This document shows positions 53,402 to 62,819 of a stretch of DNA of 64,000 bases, piece by piece. A program made the position numbers and the translations under genes. The number at the start of each line of letters is the position of its first letter. The first letter of the stretch is position 1. Under the pieces are notes generated by a model. The model was not told the DNA's origin. It made no database searches and worked only from the letters and a program-made list of their open reading frames with translations. Source of the DNA: Bacillota bacterium (GTDB lineage Bacteria > Bacillota > Clostridia > Ch29); the NCBI GenBank assembly GCA_040766775.1, contig JAXGPT010000007.1:1500-65499 (forward strand), written 5' to 3'.

Positions 53402-54594
53402 CTAGCCTACTATTTTAACCGTTTCCCTGGCAATCATCAGTTCCTCGTTTGTGGGAATTACCACCGCTTTAACCTTGCAGCCGGGCTTGCTTATAATTGC
53501 CCTTGCCCCTTACATTGTTTGCCTCTGTGGTCAAGTTCCAGTCCAAGGTAGTCAAGGCCGCTGCATATCCTTTCCTCATGGATATGGAGTTTTCGCCAAG
53601 TCCCGCGGTGAACACGACTACGTCCACCCCGTTCATTACCGCCGAGTAGGACCCAATGAATTTTTTAACTTTATATGCGAACACCTCTATGGCCAGCTTC
53701 GCACCGTAGTCGCCCTTTTCAGCCGCCTGTTCCAGGTCCCGGAAGTCGCTGCTTACATCGGATATGCCCAGCACGCCGGAACGCTTGTTGAGTATGTTGT
53801 TGACCTCTTCTATGGTCTTATTCTCCTTTTCCATCAAAAAGGCTATAATGGCCGGGTCTATGCTGCCGCAGCGGGTACCCATCGCGAGGCCCTCCAGCGG
53901 TGTAAAGCCCATGCTGGTTTCAACCGATTTCCCGCCGTCCACCGCCGTTATGCTGGCACCGTTGCCCAGGTGGCAGGTTATAATCTTGAGGCTTTCCAAG
54001 GGTTTACCCACTATCTCTGCAGCCCTTTCCGCCACGTACTTGTGCGAAGTGCCGTGGAACCCGTATTTCCTCACGCCGTATTTCTTGTAGTATTCGTAAG
54101 GAATGGGATATATATAGGCGTAATCCGGTATTGTATGGTGAAAGGCCGTATCAAAGGTACCGGCCATCGGCTTGCCCGGCATTAGCTGTTGGCATGCTTC
54201 TATCCCCATAATATTCGGCGGGTTATGAAGCGGAGCCAGGTCTGCGCATTCACGGAGGGTATCAATAACCTCATCGGTTATTTTTACCGAACCGGAGAAT
54301 TTCTCGCCACCGTGTACAACCCTGTGCCCTATCGCATAAATCTCGTCCATATCCTTGATAACCCCTGTTTTCTCATCGGTCAGTACATCGGTTATCAGCT
54401 TAAGCGCAGTTTTATGGTCAGGCATCGGTTTTTCTATAATTACTTCCTCCCTTTCCGCGGCCTGGTGCTTCAGCCTGGACCCCTCTATACCTATCCTTTC
54501 CGCCAGCCCGCGGGCCATAACGCTTTCGTCTTCCATGTTTAGCAGCTGATACTTCACCGAAGAACTGCCGCAGGTTTACCACCAAGACTTTCAT
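53402..54594 (-). CDS. ackA: acetate kinase (indels near both ends)
   Basis: [58 protein letters not shown]. Confidence 0.96.
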
Positions 54595-54791
54595 TTTTTT
54601 CTCCTCCCCTGTAAGATCAGTGATTAACCTATATTAGTTTCTTCATATTTCATAAATATCCTGCCAAAAATCCCAAAATAATATGTATAATTGAATATAA
54701 GGAATGGGACACACTTCCCATATGAATGTCCCAGACTGACAAACTCAAGGGATGGGACATATCAAACTGTGCATGGAGGTGATGAAAAAAT

Positions 54792-56035
54792 ATGAAGGTT
54801 TTGGGAATAGTTGCTGAATACAACCCGTTTCACAACGGGCACCTGTACCACTTAAAAATGGCCATGGAAGCAACCGGCGCCACCCATTCGGTCGCCGTCA
54901 TGAGCGGCAGCTTTGTGCAAAGGGGCGAACCCTCGGTGGTGAACAAGTGGGCAAGGGCGGAAATGGCGGTTAGGCCGGCATCGACCTTGTGCTGGAACTG
55001 CCTGTTGTATATGCCTGTCGAAGCGCGGAAGGCTTTGCGACAGGTGCTTTAAGCATACTGGATGGGATAGGCGCGGTGGACTTCGTTTGTTTTGGAAGCG
55101 AATCCGGCGACTTGGAAAACTGCGTGCAGTCTCTCGCATCCTTTCCTCCGAGCCTTCGGAATACAAAGACCTCCTAAGACATTACCTGGCAATGGGCCAA
55201 ATTTCCCCACCGCCAGGGCAGCGGCGCTGGAAAAATACATGGACCTGCCCGGGCACGACCTAAGAAGGCTGCTTAAATCGCCAAATAACATACTGGCCAT
55301 AGAATACCTAAAGGCCTTGGACAGGCTGCAAAGCAGCATTGTTCCCTTTTACTCTCCGGCGGTTTGCCGTCGGGTATCACTCACAGTCCCTTGGGCATAC
55401 AATAGCCAGCGCTACGGCCGTACGCAGCGAATTAACCGGTAAAAACAAGGTAACTAAGAGGGTTTCCAGGGTCCTGCCCGGAACCAATTCTCTTGTACTC
55501 CACAGGGAACTGGCCTCGGGGCGGGGACCGGTATCCTTCGGGCTTTTCAGCCTCCCGGTGACTGCACAGATAAGAAAACTGGGTCCCGAGGGTATAAGGC
55601 ATTACCCCGAAGTCACCGAAGGCCTTGAAAACAGGATATGGAGTGCCGCCTGTACAATGACGGAGCTTGAAGACATGCTGGAGACTATAAAAACCAAGCG
55701 TTACACCCGCACACGCCTTGGAAGGATTCTAACCTACATATTCCTCGACATAAAAAGGAGCTGCTGGACCGGCTGGAGCGTGAAAACTACCCTGCTATGC
55801 CAGAGTCCTTGCTCTCAATAAAAGGGCGCAGAAGTGTTAAAAAGGGCCGGCGCCGTGTCCAGGATACCCATAATAACCAGGACAGCCCGCCACGGTTTCA
55901 GCGAAGGCTCCTCCCTCTTTGGCATGTTACAAAAGAAGTCCTGACCACCGACCTGTATGTACTTGGATATGCTAACCGGAAATATGCCTCGCAGGCCAAG
56001 ACTATGTAACCAGCCCCTTTTTCCTGAAGGATTAA
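54792..56035 (+). CDS. tmcAL: tRNA(Met) cytidine acetate ligase TmcAL/YlbM (several frameshifts)
   Basis: [48 protein letters not shown]. Confidence 0.9.
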
Positions 56036-56793
56036 GCCCGGAACTTAACTTTTCCATAACCTCCAGCGCAGCGTTCCTGCCGGCATGTATACATTCCTCC
56101 ACCTGGTTGAAGGTCACCGGGTTTATGTTCTTTAGATAGGGGTTTATAATCAAATCGGCATCTATGCCCCGCAGCATGATTATTTCATTCTGGAGTATGT
56201 CAATGCTCTGTATTATTACATCATATATGCTGTCCATCCTCTTGCCCTCGATCCAGGAGCCCAGGTTAACCCCTACGGTATACTCGGCGCCCATCCTCTT
56301 TACAAGGTCAACCGGCACCGGGTCTACAAGGCCGCCGTCGGCAAGGATACGACCGTCCAGCTCCAGCGGGGCAATGATTCCCGGGATGGCAACGCTTGCC
56401 CTTACCGCTTTATAGACATAACCCTTGTCCAGCACCACCCTATCGCCTGTACTCAGGTCGGTGGCAACCACCGCAAGGGGTTTTTCCAGTTCTTCAAACT
56501 TCTTGCCCCCGGTTAGTTTCTTGATTAACAGCTCCAGTTTCCGTCCCTGTACCAACCCCTTTGGGCACCGAAATATCTATCCACTCCCAGGGTTCAATAC
56601 CCACTGCCAGGTCAACAATTTCCAGCACCGACATCCCGCTGCAGTACAGCGCCCCAATAAGCGCCCTATGCTGCACCCTGATATATAGTCTATTCTTATC
56701 CCCTTTTCCTCCAAGTGCCTGCAGTACCCCTAGGTGGGCAAACCCCCGGGCGGCCCCCGACCCCAATGCCAGGCCCAGTTTTTTCTGTTTCAT
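55815..56793 (-). CDS. patatin-like phospholipase (YlbK-like; frameshifted, real stop probably near 56.03 kb)
   Basis: LGSGAARGFAHLGVL, ASVAIPG, DGG. Confidence 0.85.
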
Positions 56794-56878
56794 AGGATTA
56801 CCTCCCATACTAATCATATTAAAGAGGCGGCACAAATATATTGAATTAGTAGTTAAAACCGACAAGGAGAATTGCGCT

Positions 56879-58183
56879 ATGCCAAACATCCATATGCTGC
56901 ATATATTTCTCGCTGTTATTATTGTTATTGCCCTTTTTTACCTGAAAATACCTGGAGCGCCGTTAGATAGGCCAAAAAAAAATAATTTATTTCTCTATTT
57001 ATCTGCGCTGACGGTATCCCTTTTTGTTATGAGCCTTATTTACTACCCGGAGGAATGCTACCGCGCGGCGGTGGACGGTGTGGACACCTGGATAAACGTT
57101 GTGCTGCCCGCACTGCTTCCCTTTTTCATCGGCGCAGAGCTCTTAATCGGCCTTGGGGTTATTGACTTTATCGGAACCCTGCTGGAGCCGGTTATGCGGC
57201 CTCTTTTTAAAACCCCCGGCCAGTCAGCCTTTGTATTTGTCATGAGCATCACTTCGGGGTACCCGGTAGGCGTAAAACTCACCTGCGGCTTGAGGGAAAA
57301 AGGCACATGCACCAGGATTGAGGCCCAGCGTATGCTTGCCTATTGCAGTACCTCCGGTCCCCTTTTCATGATAGGCGCAGTCTCCATAGGCATGTTCGGC
57401 AGCAGGCTGGCAGGAACCATAATAGCCGTATCTCACTACCTGTCCGCTTTTTTGCTTGGAATCATCGCCGCCGCGTTTATAAAAGGCGGCAGTGAAAGTA
57501 AACGGCATTCCTTCAAACCGGTGGGAATAAAGCGGGCACTGGATGCCATGCTTAAAAAAAGAAGACTGGACGGCAGGCCCTTCGGCGTATTGATGGGTGA
57601 TGCGGTCGGGAAAGCATAAATACCCTTCTTATGGTCGGCGGTTTTATCATAATGTTTTCGGTGGTTATCCAGCTTTTTCAATAACCGGGGCGCTGCAGTT
57701 CCTAGCGGGACCGGTTGAAAAACTTTGAGCAAAACTTCCCTGCCCCACACGCTGGTGCAGCCTGTCCTAGCGGTATGCTGGAAATAACCATAGGCAGCAG
57801 GCTGCTCTCCCGGAAGCATTGCCCTTATCTATACCGTATCCGCCGCCAGCCTTATTATCGGCTGGAGCGGTTCTTCGATACACGCCCAGGCAATAAGTTT
57901 TATAAGCAGGACCGATTTAAGCCCGTCGCTGTACATGCTGTCCAAGCTGGCCCATGGTATCCTTTGCTGTATAATGTCCTACACCGTATGCAGGGTTTTC
58001 CTGGCCGGCAAATACATGGACGCCAGTATTACAGGCCCGGGCCTGCTTCCTTCCTACGGTTTTCTTCAAAACCTATTGTATTCCACAAAGGCATTCCTTG
58101 CGGTGGCAGGCTCAATGCTTGCTGCACCGCTGCTGGGCATCCTTGTCTCATCGATAACCGGCTTTTACATAAAGCGAAGCTGA
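56879..58183 (+). CDS. ylbJ: sporulation integral membrane protein YlbJ (frameshifted)
   Basis: VLPALLPFF, SGYPVGVK, TSGPLFMIGAV, GGFIIMFSV, LEITIG. Confidence 0.88.
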
Positions 58184-58187
58184 CCCG

Positions 58188-58637
58188 TCAGCTTCTGAGG
58201 TTTTTTACCTCTTCCCGGTTTTTCTTGATAAGCTCAATATACTCGTGCAGCTTTTTTTCAAGCTCGGCCAGCAGGTTGTCCGCATATTCCTTTGTTCCAA
58301 TCCTTATTTCCCGGGCATTTTTCTTTGCATTTTCTATTATTTCCTCGCCCTGGATATAAGCCCTGCGAGTGACCTCGCTCTCCTCCACCATTCTCTTTAT
58401 ATGCTCCTCGGTCTCCTTCAGCATAAGGTCTGCTTCTTTTTGCGCTTCTATCAGTATTCGGTTTCTTTCCTCTTTTATCCAGTTCGCCTGCTTTATTTCT
58501 TCCGGCAGGATGCTCCTTATAGAATCGATGACCTCCAACACCTTGTCCCTGTCCACCAACACCTTGTCCGAAAAGGGTACAGCCCTTCCTTCGTTTATAA
58601 TTTCCTCCAGCCTGCCCAGCAATTCGTTAATGTCCAT
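58188..58637 (-). CDS. conserved coiled-coil protein downstream of coaD (often annotated ATP synthase subunit B/H-like)
   Basis: LEEIINEGRAVPFSDKVLVDR...LPEEIKQANW...GTKEYADNLL. Confidence 0.7.
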   Translation of the reverse strand: MDINELLGRLEEIINEGRAVPFSDKVLVDRDKVLEVIDSIRSILPEEIKQANWIKEERNRILIEAQKEADLMLKETEEHIKRMVEESEVTRRAYIQGEEIIENAKKNAREIRIGTKEYADNLLAELEKKLHEYIELIKKNREEVKNLRS

Positions 58638-58664
58638 GCCCTTCCCCCCTTTTAACTCAAGACA

Positions 58665-59141
58665 CTACCTGTATTTTGCCACAAGCTTTTCCAACACGTG
58701 CTCGGGTACCAGGTCCTTTACACACCCGCCAAACTTTACCACTTCCTTTATGAGGCTTGAGCTTAAAAAAGAATATCGGCTGCTTGTCATCATGAATACC
58801 GTTTCCACGTTCTTGTTAAGTTTCCTGTTCATAAGGGCCATCTGCATCTCGTACTCAAAATCCGAAACCGCTCGAAGGCCCTTCAGAACCGTATTGGCTT
58901 CCCTTTTTTCCACATAATCTATCAATAGGCCTGAAAAACTGTCCACCTCTACGTTCTTCAATTCAGAGACGGCCTTTCGTATCATGTCCAACCTTTCCTC
59001 GGTACTAAACAGCGGATTCTTTGACGGGTTGTTCAACACCGCCACTATCACTCGATCGAACAATCGCGATGCCCTGTCTATGATGTCGATGTGCCCATAG
59101 GTAATGGGGTCAAAACTTCCCGGATATACTGCCGTTTTCAT
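58665..59141 (-). CDS. coaD: phosphopantetheine adenylyltransferase
   Basis: YPGSFDPITYGHIDI, GLRAVSDFEYE, LSSSLIKE. Confidence 0.97.
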   Translation of the reverse strand: MKTAVYPGSFDPITYGHIDIIDRASRLFDRVIVAVLNNPSKNPLFSTEERLDMIRKAVSELKNVEVDSFSGLLIDYVEKREANTVLKGLRAVSDFEYEMQMALMNRKLNKNVETVFMMTSSRYSFLSSSLIKEVVKFGGCVKDLVPEHVLEKLVAKYR

Positions 59142-59696
59142 GGTCATCCCCCCTGGTATATATGCTTATTGCAGTATTGCCGTACCTCTTGCTCCTGACC
59201 GGTATAAACCGGACTTTTGCTTCGTTTATTGCCATGGCTGCAGGGTGCTCCACAACAACTAGCCCTCCATTTCTAATAATACCATAATTTTCAATGGAGG
59301 AAAGAACTTTTTCGTAAAGATTCTCCATGTATGGCGGATCAACAAAGATAATATCGAAAACCCGTCCGGATTTGCCAAAGGCCACCGCGGCTTTTAACGC
59401 ATCCTGGTGTATTACCTCGCTGTTTTTTCGAAACCCCGCAAGCCCTATATTCTTATTTAACACCTCCAGGGATTTGCGGCTGTTTTCCACGAAGGTGGCA
59501 AACTCTGCTCCCGGCTTAAGGCTTCCAGCCCAAGGCTTCCGGTGCCGGCAAACAGGTCCAACACCCTGGAACCGGGCAGATGGGCATCTATCATGGAAAA
59601 CAGCGCTTCCTTCACCCTGTCGCCGGTCGGCCTTATGCTGCTGTCTTTCGGGGAAACCAGTTTCCTGCCCTTTGAAATACCCGCAATTATCCTCAA
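59110..59696 (-). CDS. rsmD: 16S rRNA m2G966 methyltransferase (frameshifted)
   Basis: MRIIAG...RPTGDRVKEALF, LDLFAGTGSLGLEALSR, FVDPPY. Confidence 0.94.
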
Positions 59697-59756
59697 CCTT
59701 ATCCCTCCATACTATAATATTTTAGCATAAGAGCCAATCTTAAACAAAAGGTTTCG

Positions 59757-59787
59757 GAATAACATACCCGGCGCCGGGGTAAACTTA
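59757..59787 (+). promoter_or_regulatory. SigF/SigG-type promoter
   Basis: GAATA-N15-GGGTAAACTT. Confidence 0.65.
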
Positions 59788-59794
59788 TGTTCAT

Positions 59795-59878
59795 AGAGAA
59801 TATGAAATATCCCTTAAGAACTCTTTCTGCGTTTTCCCCCTCCGGTACCGGTGTTTCAGGCATCCGGTACCTTTTTTA
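59795..59878 (+). ncRNA. csfG: CsfG-like forespore small RNA
   Basis: Forespore promoter, pyrimidine-rich body (TCCCTT, TTTTCCCCCTCC), terminator GGTACCGG...CCGGTACC-T6; divergent from rsmD (ylbH), the known CsfG position. Confidence 0.65.
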
Positions 59879-59927
59879 TATTTTTATTGAAAGACGCATG
59901 GTCCCGGTCCCGCGGCCGGACCTCTAT

Positions 59928-59961
59928 AAAAAAGGAAGAACCCTAAGGTTCTTCCTTTTTT
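59928..59961. terminator. bidirectional intrinsic terminator after SASP gene
   Basis: AAAAAAGGAAGAACC-ctaa-GGTTCTTCCTTTTTT. Confidence 0.85.
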
Positions 59962-59976
59962 ATATATTTATAGGAA

Positions 59977-60180
59977 CTACTTGCCAGCCATTTGTCTCTC
60001 AGCCTGTTCAATCATTCTCTTCACCATATATCCTCCAATATAGCCTGCTTCCTTGGAGGTAAGATCGCCGTTGTAGCCTTTCTTCAGGTTAACGCCCACC
60101 TGGCCCGCTACTTCGTACTTCATCTGGTCAAGGGCGGCCCTAGCTTCAGGAACTACTTTCCTGTTGTTGTTCCTTGCCAC
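59977..60180 (-). CDS. alpha/beta-type small acid-soluble spore protein
   Basis: GTG start after AGGAGG; VPEARAALDQMKYEVA...NGDLTSKEAGYIGGYMVKRMI. Confidence 0.95.
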   Translation of the reverse strand: MARNNNRKVVPEARAALDQMKYEVAGQVGVNLKKGYNGDLTSKEAGYIGGYMVKRMIEQAERQMAGK

Positions 60181-60354
60181 TTGTGTATCACCTCCTGTTC
60201 GCATTTGTAATATTAATTTAACCACTCGGGTTTATTTTAAACTAGCAATTATTTCTTAAGAACTGCCAATTATTTATAATAATTTTTATTGGTGATATTC
60301 CACAAACAGGGTATATTCGCGTTAGCATCGGCGCGACCTTACTCCTTAAACAAA

Positions 60355-60382
60355 ATAAGGAACGGACCTTACCGTTCCTTAT
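60355..60382 (-). terminator. hairpin between the two SASP genes
   Basis: ATAAGGAACGG-acctta-CCGTTCCTTAT; T run follows on minus strand. Confidence 0.75.
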
Positions 60383-60392
60383 AAGTATATTC

Positions 60393-60644
60393 CTATTTGC
60401 CGCTCATTTGTCTTTCTACCTGCTCAATCATTCTTTTAACCATGAAACCGCCAATGGACCCGGCATCCCTTGCCCTCAGGTCTCCGTTATATCCATCCTT
60501 TAAGTTGACTCCCAGCTGAGAAGCCACCTCGAACTTCATCCTGTCAAGGGCTTCCCTGGCTTCCGGGTAAAGAGTCCGGCTGGTTCCGGTACCACCCCCG
60601 GTGGTTCCGCCGCCTATACCCGGTCTTCCAGTCAAGTTATCCAA
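60393..60644 (-). CDS. alpha/beta-type SASP with Gly/Thr-rich N-terminal extension
   Basis: TTG start after AGGAGG; PEAREALDRMKFEVASQLG...DAGSIGGFMVKRMI. Confidence 0.92.
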   Translation of the reverse strand: MDNLTGRPGIGGGTTGGGTGTSRTLYPEAREALDRMKFEVASQLGVNLKDGYNGDLRARDAGSIGGFMVKRMIEQVERQMSGK

Positions 60645-60728
60645 TAAATTCACCTCCTGTCACCTATTCTATTTTTATTGTGTACAGGAAGGTGTATTTT
60701 AAACTAGCAATAAATGTTGCGCCTGTTA

Positions 60729-62795
60729 TTATATAACGCCGCTCTGCCAGCCTTCTCGCCCGAAAAATCGTTCCAGCTCGCGCCTTGCCTGCGACCAGCT
60801 GCTGTCATTCAAAAAGTTTGGGTCCTCCGCCAATGATAGGGCAGTGGACTGTGCCGCCCTTAGCGTTTTCATGTCATCAGGAAGCCTTGCTATACCAAGT
60901 TCCGGCAAACCGTGCTGCCGGGTTCCGAAAAAATCGCCGGGACCGCGGAGCTTAAGGTCCATTTCGGATATATAAAACCCGTCGTTGGAATCCGCCATCA
61001 CCTTCAGCCTCTCGTAAGAGGCCCTGCTGCCGCTCCCGTTTATCAGTATGCAGTATGATTGGCTTTCTCCCCTGCCCACCCTGCCCCGCAGCTGGTGCAG
61101 TTGAGCCAGCCCGAATCTTTCAGCATTTTCCACCACTATTATGTTTGCATTGGGAACGTCCACCCCCACCTCGATAACGGTGGTGGATACCAAAAGGTCA
61201 ATCCGGCCTTCCCTGAAGTCACGCATAACCTCTTCCTTGGCCTGGCTGCTTATTCTCCCGTGCAAAAGCTTAAGCCTGTAACCTTTAAAATACTGCCCGG
61301 CCAGTTCCTGGTACACCTCGCTGGCGGACCTTGCTTCAACAACCTCGGATTCCTCAATAAGGGGACACACAACGTAGGCCTGCCTGCCCTCTTTAAGCTG
61401 TTTTTCCACGAAACCGTAGGCGCTGTCGCGTTTCCCCGGTCCTATAACATAGGTCTCCACCCTTTTCCTTCCCGGGGGCATTTCATCTATAATTGACAGG
61501 TCCAGGTCGCCGTAGAGAATCAGTGCCAGCGACCTTGGGATGGGTGTTGCCGTCATAACAAGTATGTCGGGGTTGGCCCCTTTTGACACCAGCGCAGCCC
61601 TCTGCCGCACCCCGAACCGGTGCTGCTCATCAGTTATCACAAGCCCCAGCCTTGCAAACTCCAGCCCCTCCTGTATAAGCGAATGGGTACCTATTATTAT
61701 GTCAATATCCCCGTCTTTTAGGCGGCCGTATATTTCTTTCCTCTGGCCTGCCGTGCAGCTGCCGGACAAAAGCTCCAGCCTTAGGTCAAAACCGGACAGC
61801 ATGCCCGTCAGGGTCAGGTAGTGCTGCTCTGCCAGCACTTCGGTGGGCACCATCAAGGCTCCCTGGTACCCGTTGGCAGCCGCCTTTAAAAGAGCCAGTG
61901 CAGCGACAACGGTTTTCCCGGAGCCCACGTCCCCCTGCAGCAGCCTGTTCATAACGCTGCCCTTTTCCATGTCTTCCTTGATTTCGGACCAGGCCCGCAT
62001 TTGCGCGCCGGTAAGCCGGTAAGGCAAACCGTCCATGAACCTTCCTTCCTCGGGCACCTCCTTGAATGAGATGCCCTCCCTTTTACCCTTCACTTCCCTT
62101 TTTATCATCAAAAGGCCCAGCTGCAGCAGGAAAAATTCTTCGAAGACCAGCCGGTACCTCGCCCTGTTGTAGCTTGCCAAGTCCAAGGGAAAATGTATGT
62201 TCTTAAGGCATTTGTTTATTTCCTCCAGCCCATACTGTTCCCTGAACCGGGCCGGGAAAATATCGTCAACCTTGCCGGCGGCCAGCTCCAAGGCCTTTGC
62301 AATCATCCTTTCAAAGTCCCGGGATTCCAGCTTGCCGTGCTTCGGGTACACGGGAACCAGCCTCCCCCGTCCGTCACCGGCCCTATCCTTCGCTTTCGTC
62401 ACCTGGGGGTTTTGTATCTGGACCTCTCCCATGAACCTGTCAACCCGTCCGAAAAATTCATACTCACCGTTTATTCTAAGATGCCTTGCGGTATAGGGGT
62501 TGTTGAACCACACTGCATAGCCCCTGGCGGTGCCGTCACTAATTGGTACCCGGGTCAGGGTCATGCCCCTTCTCAGGCGCCTTGTACGGGCACTGCCGGT
62601 CACCACCGCCCTGGTGCCCGCCCTTTGACCGTGGGGCAGCTGCGCAATGGAATAAGAGCATGACCTATCTTCATGCTCCCTAGGAAAATAATATATTAAA
62701 TCCTTCAGGGTTTCTATGCCCATCCTCCGCAGGTATTCCTGCCTTTTTTCGCCCACGCCTTTAAGACAGGAAACCGGCTGCTCCAGTATGCCCAT
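60729..62795 (-). CDS. recG: ATP-dependent DNA helicase RecG
   Basis: QGDVGSGKT, DEQHRFGV, MTATPIPR, LHQLRGRVGRG. Confidence 0.97.
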   Translation of the reverse strand: MGILEQPVSCLKGVGEKRQEYLRRMGIETLKDLIYYFPREHEDRSCSYSIAQLPHGQRAGTRAVVTGSARTRRLRRGMTLTRVPISDGTARGYAVWFNNPYTARHLRINGEYEFFGRVDRFMGEVQIQNPQVTKAKDRAGDGRGRLVPVYPKHGKLESRDFERMIAKALELAAGKVDDIFPARFREQYGLEEINKCLKNIHFPLDLASYNRARYRLVFEEFFLLQLGLLMIKREVKGKREGISFKEVPEEGRFMDGLPYRLTGAQMRAWSEIKEDMEKGSVMNRLLQGDVGSGKTVVAALALLKAAANGYQGALMVPTEVLAEQHYLTLTGMLSGFDLRLELLSGSCTAGQRKEIYGRLKDGDIDIIIGTHSLIQEGLEFARLGLVITDEQHRFGVRQRAALVSKGANPDILVMTATPIPRSLALILYGDLDLSIIDEMPPGRKRVETYVIGPGKRDSAYGFVEKQLKEGRQAYVVCPLIEESEVVEARSASEVYQELAGQYFKGYRLKLLHGRISSQAKEEVMRDFREGRIDLLVSTTVIEVGVDVPNANIIVVENAERFGLAQLHQLRGRVGRGESQSYCILINGSGSRASYERLKVMADSNDGFYISEMDLKLRGPGDFFGTRQHGLPELGIARLPDDMKTLRAAQSTALSLAEDPNFLNDSSWSQARRELERFFGREGWQSGVI

Positions 62796-62819
62796 ATCCT
62801 CACCTCAACCGGCCCTTCC

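Noticed and set aside
317-59696. Apparent mass pseudogenisation or programmed frameshifting (motB, fliG/H/I, trmFO, topA, rplS, trmD, ffh, ftsY, fabF/H/K, acpP, rpmF, ackA, tmcAL, rsmD)
   Set aside because: Breaks hit essential genes, are mostly 1-bp indels with otherwise conserved protein sequence, and show no shared slippery motif; best explained as sequencing/consensus error. Read polishing would settle it.
59787-60062. 91-aa plus-strand ORF
   Set aside because: No RBS, runs through two terminators and into the antisense strand of a SASP gene; the region is better explained by an sRNA.
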